DNA of 64,000 nt, from contig CAZNEE010000001.1 in assembly GCA_964572255.1 (NCBI GenBank), positions 331,587 to 395,586 of the forward strand. The letters are read 5' to 3'. How positions within the stretch are numbered: the stretch's first letter is position 1; each line of letters opens with the position of its first letter. Below the pieces are notes generated by a model that ran no database searches, was not told the origin of the DNA, and was given only the letters and a program-made list of their open reading frames with translations. This stretch comes from an uncultured Planctomycetia bacterium (GTDB lineage Bacteria > Omnitrophota > Gorgyraeia > Tantalellales > Tantalellaceae). A program made the position numbers and the translations under genes. This document shows, piece after piece, positions 60,801 through 64,000 of the stretch.

Positions 60801-61048
60801 GTATAGTAACAAAAGGTGTGCTCCAATTTCTTGAGCCGGTATCCACCACAGTAAAGAAATACGACCTTGAAAAAGGTTCCTATAGAAGCGAGGCAATTGA
60901 GCTGACGGATGGGCAGATCGCGGAATTGGAAAAGGTCATAATGAAGTGTTGGCGTGATATACAACAGCTTAAATTTGATAAACTGCCGGAGAGGGATGGG
61001 AAAGAAAGATGCGCCAGATGCGAATATGATTCCATATGTTGGGGGTAG
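57875..61048 (+). CDS. UvrD-family helicase fused to a C-terminal RecB/Cas4-like PD-(D/E)xK nuclease with Cys cluster
   Basis: Walker A AGPGTGKTQ, helicase motifs (MVDEYQDTN, CVGDDDQAIYRFQGA), C-terminal ...VIDYKTGK... with CARCEYDSICW. Confidence 0.8.
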   Translation: MQSFQEHYDRLNKEQKQAVDRIDGPVLILAGPGTGKTQLLSVRAANIIQKKKAEAENILILTFTNAAAREMRERLTRIIGHDGYNVEVETFHSFANSIVLESEGATKFVKDKVEISEVEKVKALEHILDNVKGVEPLRPFGSPYIHRREIEKRISELKNEGILPEDFKNSLKGLKPDGINVEEKHISRLKALSLIYESYEKLKDENCKVLFDERGRIDYDDMILIALDALKKDKELRNSLSEQYKYIMVDEYQDTNGAQLELMFAILDKDRCNVCCVGDDDQAIYRFQGATLSNFRVLKKRLPSLETIALKNNYRSTDEIINLSDEIITQLPENERIAVKKLTSCRGYGDKDIRFLDFLTEEEELAFIVDEVKKHAKKIGKDKTLTAEEREKPYNNIAVLVRKRDQILKVIDAFLKAGIPYATDGEEDIRGEKRVRQMLDVLELANISTENNERKSLALYKILTSDYINASHSDVLKLIAHVNKKKLLAKKSSLEEYRSINFFQEFQESFAYFTKDENGQPVLPSAEESKKLEVTKELDLEKPHVLHKIAWAVNRLLRDARNRPVHDMLMRYIDDTRLYRFILARYENDKVLCIRDLRSLVSFINMVKQSDLSNPALGLDDFMEELELREVHGMPIKGRLATLSQDGVRIYTSHKAKGLEFYTVFIPFCLHQKSWPLRRKPDAVPLPPDIYKSKERVEEKEKIKLLDKYDELRLFYVASTRAKSHLVYTATPAEKVIVSPFLGHMSVEPEAGSPQDEEKFLVGYLSRNAEDEAFDNSREILKDIVSHISLNPTSLNNYIKCKRKFLYDNVLMLPGRKNQQLTFGNCAHKALEDIYTEYMESKKFPAFSVFKKSFIRELEYQGVNDAIKSWCVSKLDGLKGWYEKEAKSPVMPLELENKLEIRLPEGLVFRGTFDKIEPDGEGVIRVIDYKTGKPDDHVKAITNCRDLSKYECDDYYRQLVSYKLLYERALSDKKRGIVTKGVLQFLEPVSTTVKKYDLEKGSYRSEAIELTDGQIAELEKVIMKCWRDIQQLKFDKLPERDGKERCARCEYDSICWG

Positions 61049-61051
61049 AAT

Positions 61052-62020
61052 ATGAAAAAGAAATTCATAAATGAACTTAAAGTAAATGAGCAGGTCGATT
61101 CGGTTTTCGTTCTGAACAAGAAAGATCTTAAACTGACAAAATATGACAAGCCTTACCTGCAAATAACTCTTTCAGATAAAACAGGCAGGATCGAAGCCCG
61201 GGTCTGGGATAACGCCGAGAAGTTCAATGAATCGGCCGAGACGGGGGATTCTGTGCATGTTAAAGGGACGGTCGAAAAATTCCGCGATGAAAAACAGCTT
61301 AAACTGGATCTTTTGGAAAAAGCGGATGAACGGTCTTTCCGCTTTGAGGATATGGTGCGTGTAGTTGAAAATAGGGACCAGATCTACGGTAAAGTTACGG
61401 GATATTTAAAAGAAATAAAGAACAGCTGGATAAAAACGCTGGCCGGAAAGATCACATCGGATGATGAGCTCATGTCCATGTTCAAGGACGCCCCCGGCGG
61501 CAAAAGCTGGCATAACGCTTATGTCGGCGGTCTTTTGGAACATACGTATGAAGTAATGTATATTGTGCACCAGATGTGTGGCCTTTATCCTGAAGCCGAT
61601 AAAGATATAGTTATATTCGGTGCGTTCGTTCATGATATCGGCAAAGTTTATGAACTTGATGTCAAGAAGATGGAATATACAATAGAAGGCGGTTTGGTGG
61701 GGCACATTGCGATCGGACATAAACTCCTGATGCAGAAAATAGCAAGCATTCCGGATTTTCCGCATGATCTTTCTCTCAGGCTGGAACACATTATCCTCAG
61801 CCATCACGGCGAATATGAACAGCAATCACCGGTGCTTCCGAAGACGCTCGAGGCGACGATAATCTATCAGACGGATGAACTGGTCTCCCAGGCGAACGCT
61901 GTTAAAGAGATACAGCTTCAGCAGGCGGAAGAGGGAAAGGATTGGAGCAATTTTATCATCATAAAAGGAAGAAAATATTTCATAAAAGATGCTGGCAGTG
62001 AGGATTGGAGAGGGAAGTAA
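61052..62020 (+). CDS. YhaM-like 3'-5' exonuclease (OB-fold plus HD domain)
   Basis: N-terminal OB fold (LQITLSDKTGRIEARVW), HD motifs (HNAYVGGLLEH, VHDIGK). Confidence 0.75.
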   Translation: MKKKFINELKVNEQVDSVFVLNKKDLKLTKYDKPYLQITLSDKTGRIEARVWDNAEKFNESAETGDSVHVKGTVEKFRDEKQLKLDLLEKADERSFRFEDMVRVVENRDQIYGKVTGYLKEIKNSWIKTLAGKITSDDELMSMFKDAPGGKSWHNAYVGGLLEHTYEVMYIVHQMCGLYPEADKDIVIFGAFVHDIGKVYELDVKKMEYTIEGGLVGHIAIGHKLLMQKIASIPDFPHDLSLRLEHIILSHHGEYEQQSPVLPKTLEATIIYQTDELVSQANAVKEIQLQQAEEGKDWSNFIIIKGRKYFIKDAGSEDWRGK

Positions 62021-62060
62021 AAAGTTTATACAAAAAAATTTGAAAATCTCCACAGACAAG

Positions 62061-62133
62061 GCGAGTAGTAGGTGCCTTGAGTGGGAGGATCCACACCGGG
62101 CGGAGGGGCCCACAAAAGGTACCTACTACTCGC
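62061..62133 (+). repeat. conserved-core hairpin element, copy H3
   Basis: Stem GCGAGTAGTAGGTGCC/GGTACCTACTACTCGC (one G-T wobble) unrelated to the H1/H2 stems but enclosing the identical 29-nt core; ends 8 nt before the 62141 ATG. Confidence 0.7.
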
Positions 62134-62140
62134 ATTGTAT

Positions 62141-62515
62141 ATGGAAATGAATCTAAGGGATTTTGAAAAACTTGTAGAGAAGGCGCTTGAGGATCTGCCT
62201 CAAGGGTTCAAGGACAGTCTTGAGAACGTTGATGTTGTGATAGAAGATGAACCGACGTCTGAAGAGGCGAGAAGTGTGGATACCGCTCACAGGCGTATGG
62301 TTTTGGGTCTTTATCAAGGTGTTCCTCTTTTTAGAAGAAGTCACTACTACGGCATGGTCATGCCGGATAAAATATCTATTTTCAAGAAAAATATCGAAAG
62401 AGTATGCAGAACAGATGAAGAAATAATCCGTCTTGTTACCCACACAGTCCAACACGAACTTGCCCACCATTTCGGGATATCTGATGAACGGCTTAGAGAA
62501 GAGGGGATTTACTAG
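62141..62515 (+). CDS. small zincin-like metallopeptidase-fold protein (Zincin_1/DUF1025-like)
   Basis: HELAHH motif near the C-terminus; start trimmed from the GTG at 62081 (inside the repeat) to the ATG at 62141. Confidence 0.6.
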   Translation: MEMNLRDFEKLVEKALEDLPQGFKDSLENVDVVIEDEPTSEEARSVDTAHRRMVLGLYQGVPLFRRSHYYGMVMPDKISIFKKNIERVCRTDEEIIRLVTHTVQHELAHHFGISDERLREEGIY

Positions 62516-62537
62516 CTCGAACTTGGACACTTCTGAG

Positions 62538-62567
62538 TATGTAGGGTGTCCCCAAATGGGACGTCCC
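62538..62567. repeat. REP-like palindromic element (copy R3, begins with GTAG)
   Basis: GTAGGGTGTCCCCAAATGGGACGTCCC is the reverse-complement homologue of R1/R2; lies between convergent genes. Confidence 0.6.
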
Positions 62568-62570
62568 TGG

Positions 62571-63476
62571 TTAGTCTTGGTGCGGGGTTAAGCGGATGTT
62601 ATCGATATAGATCGGGCCTTGGTAAACGGGCCTGTTGTTTGATTCTATGCGTATCGCGATTTTACGTACGTCTTCTTTAAACGCTTTATCGACCGTTATC
62701 CTTCGCCAATCAAAACTTCCCTCGGCCAGGCTTGCCTTAACCGTGGTCCATTCTCCCGGCACGAGCGGTATATTGCGGCTCATTTCTATCCATTTCCAAT
62801 CCTCGCCCACGGTGAAAATGATCTTCGCTCTTAAGCCTCTCGGACAGGCTTCAGGAACGTAAATATCCACATAGATATCATCGAAATTCGTAAGATCAAG
62901 ATATTGCGAGATCTCGATCAGCGCTGCCGTCCATCTTTCACCGGGGAAATTGGCATTGATCTGCAGGCAGCCTTTTCCTCTGCTGCCGAAACCCTTTGCC
63001 AGGACCATGGCTTCCGCGACATGGTCGGGTTTTTCCTGCGCCCATAGGGGTATTTCCCAACCCTGGTCGCTTGTTTCGAAATCATAGAATGTCTTTGTTT
63101 CTTTTTCGTCAGAAACCGGAAGAGGAGGTTTGTCCGGTATCACGCTTATCACTTTAGGAATAGGGGGCCGCTTTGAGGCGTGCCTTGTTTTATAAGTGGC
63201 GTCCGGAGCGGGAGCCTGTGTTTTCGGCAAGATCAGGAACGCGAAAGCGACCGTCAGGCCGAGCATGATAATAACCGCGGCTTTCAGGAGTATGCGGTTG
63301 TTCTTATCGGCGTCTTTCGGTTTATTTTTACTTTTTTTTGCGGGTTTGGTATCCGGACTCTTCTGGAAAAAAGTTTTTGACAGTTCCGCGTTTATTTTAT
63401 CGTCCTTTTTATTTTTGTTCATGATCTTTGAGCTCCTTCTGCTGCTCATTATATTAAAGAAAGCTGGTTCTATCAA
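62571..63476 (-). CDS. membrane-anchored hypothetical protein with Lys/Pro-rich linker and extracytoplasmic beta-rich domain
   Basis: Single TM helix (AAVIIMLGLTVAFAFLIL), 301 aa; no catalytic motif. Confidence 0.6.
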   Translation of the reverse strand: MIEPAFFNIMSSRRSSKIMNKNKKDDKINAELSKTFFQKSPDTKPAKKSKNKPKDADKNNRILLKAAVIIMLGLTVAFAFLILPKTQAPAPDATYKTRHASKRPPIPKVISVIPDKPPLPVSDEKETKTFYDFETSDQGWEIPLWAQEKPDHVAEAMVLAKGFGSRGKGCLQINANFPGERWTAALIEISQYLDLTNFDDIYVDIYVPEACPRGLRAKIIFTVGEDWKWIEMSRNIPLVPGEWTTVKASLAEGSFDWRRITVDKAFKEDVRKIAIRIESNNRPVYQGPIYIDNIRLTPHQD

Positions 63477-63529
63477 GAAATTTCGGAATTAGCAGGTAAG
63501 TTTTTCACGGAAAATACTATATATTATAT

Positions 63530-63557
63530 TTGACGTTTATAAATAGTATGATATACT
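63530..63557 (+). promoter_or_regulatory. sigma-70-like promoter TTGACG-16-TATACT
   Basis: In the divergent intergenic region upstream of parA. Confidence 0.4.
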
Positions 63558-63614
63558 CTAACCGAGTTTAATATTATTAATAACTACCATAGCTAAACTA
63601 ATACAGGAGGTAAG

Positions 63615-64000
63615 ATGAGAATCATATCTGTTGCGAATCAAAAGGGCGGGTGCGGAAAGACGACGCTTGCTGTGAATATAGCGGCAGGGCTTTCACGTTT
63701 AGGGCACAACACGCTTCTGATCGACCTTGACCCCCAGGCACATGCCACGTATGCTTTGGGTTACAGCAAGAAATCCCAGGAAGCAAAAACTTCTTATGAT
63801 GTTTTCAGGGCACATTTTGATAAAGTGAGCGTTCCTTTTGATGAGATCGTGGTCAAGCAGAGAAAGAATCTTTCTTTTATCCCTGCGAATATGATGCTTT
63901 CAACGGCGGAGATAAATCTTGGGAGCGTAAATGGCGCCGCTACGATCATTTCCAGGACACTGGCCAATTCATATTTCGCGGGATACGAATATGTTGTTAT
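63615..64000 (+). CDS. parA: ParA/Soj family ATPase (partial, continues past window end)
   Basis: Deviant Walker A KGGCGKTT, MRIISVANQKGG... N-terminus, RBS AGGAGG. Confidence 0.8.
   Translation, partial: MRIISVANQKGGCGKTTLAVNIAAGLSRLGHNTLLIDLDPQAHATYALGYSKKSQEAKTSYDVFRAHFDKVSVPFDEIVVKQRKNLSFIPANMMLSTAEINLGSVNGAATIISRTLANSYFAGYEYVV

Noticed and set aside
62081-62140. GTG-initiated N-terminal extension of the zincin gene (MGGSTPGGGAHKRYLLLALY...)
   Set aside because: The extension is translated from the conserved-core hairpin repeat H3. The same repeat yields near-identical pseudo-peptides at 45058-45264 and 51496-51699 on whichever strand is open. The real start is taken as the ATG at 62141.

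Overview
This is a 64 kb, gene-dense chromosomal segment from a diderm bacterium (lpxA and an outer-membrane beta-barrel protein are present), probably an uncultivated lineage, with moderate GC content. Most of it is housekeeping: a dapA(end)-dapB-dapL-folK-panC-nadA-nadX block, a Na/Pi cotransporter, an IMPDH-family gene, dnaE, hup, hisS, aspS, phoH-7TM/HD-ybeY-dgkA, recO, glyQS, ppdK, a sigma-70 factor, tRNA-Arg(CCU), lpxA, a metY-cysK-metX-metW methionine cluster, greA and a partial parA. The most interesting items I read directly from the sequence are four. First, three copies of a hairpin element whose 29-nt core is identical while the 16-18 bp closing stems are entirely different but stay complementary (including G-T wobbles); this pattern suggests a structured RNA or protein-binding hairpin. 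Second, a likely c-di-GMP-I (GEMM) riboswitch plus intrinsic terminator on the minus strand directly upstream of a secreted clan GH-A glycoside hydrolase. Third, an AT-rich REP-associated tyrosine transposase (RAYT, IS200-like) flanked by GC-rich REP-like palindromes, with further REP copies beginning with GTAG elsewhere in the window. Fourth, an accessory block (27.4-32.4 kb) with an orphan histidine kinase, several small hypothetical membrane or secreted proteins and a chagasin-family peptidase inhibitor. I did not see a CRISPR array or rRNA genes. All functional calls come from motif recognition in the supplied translations; no database searches were run.
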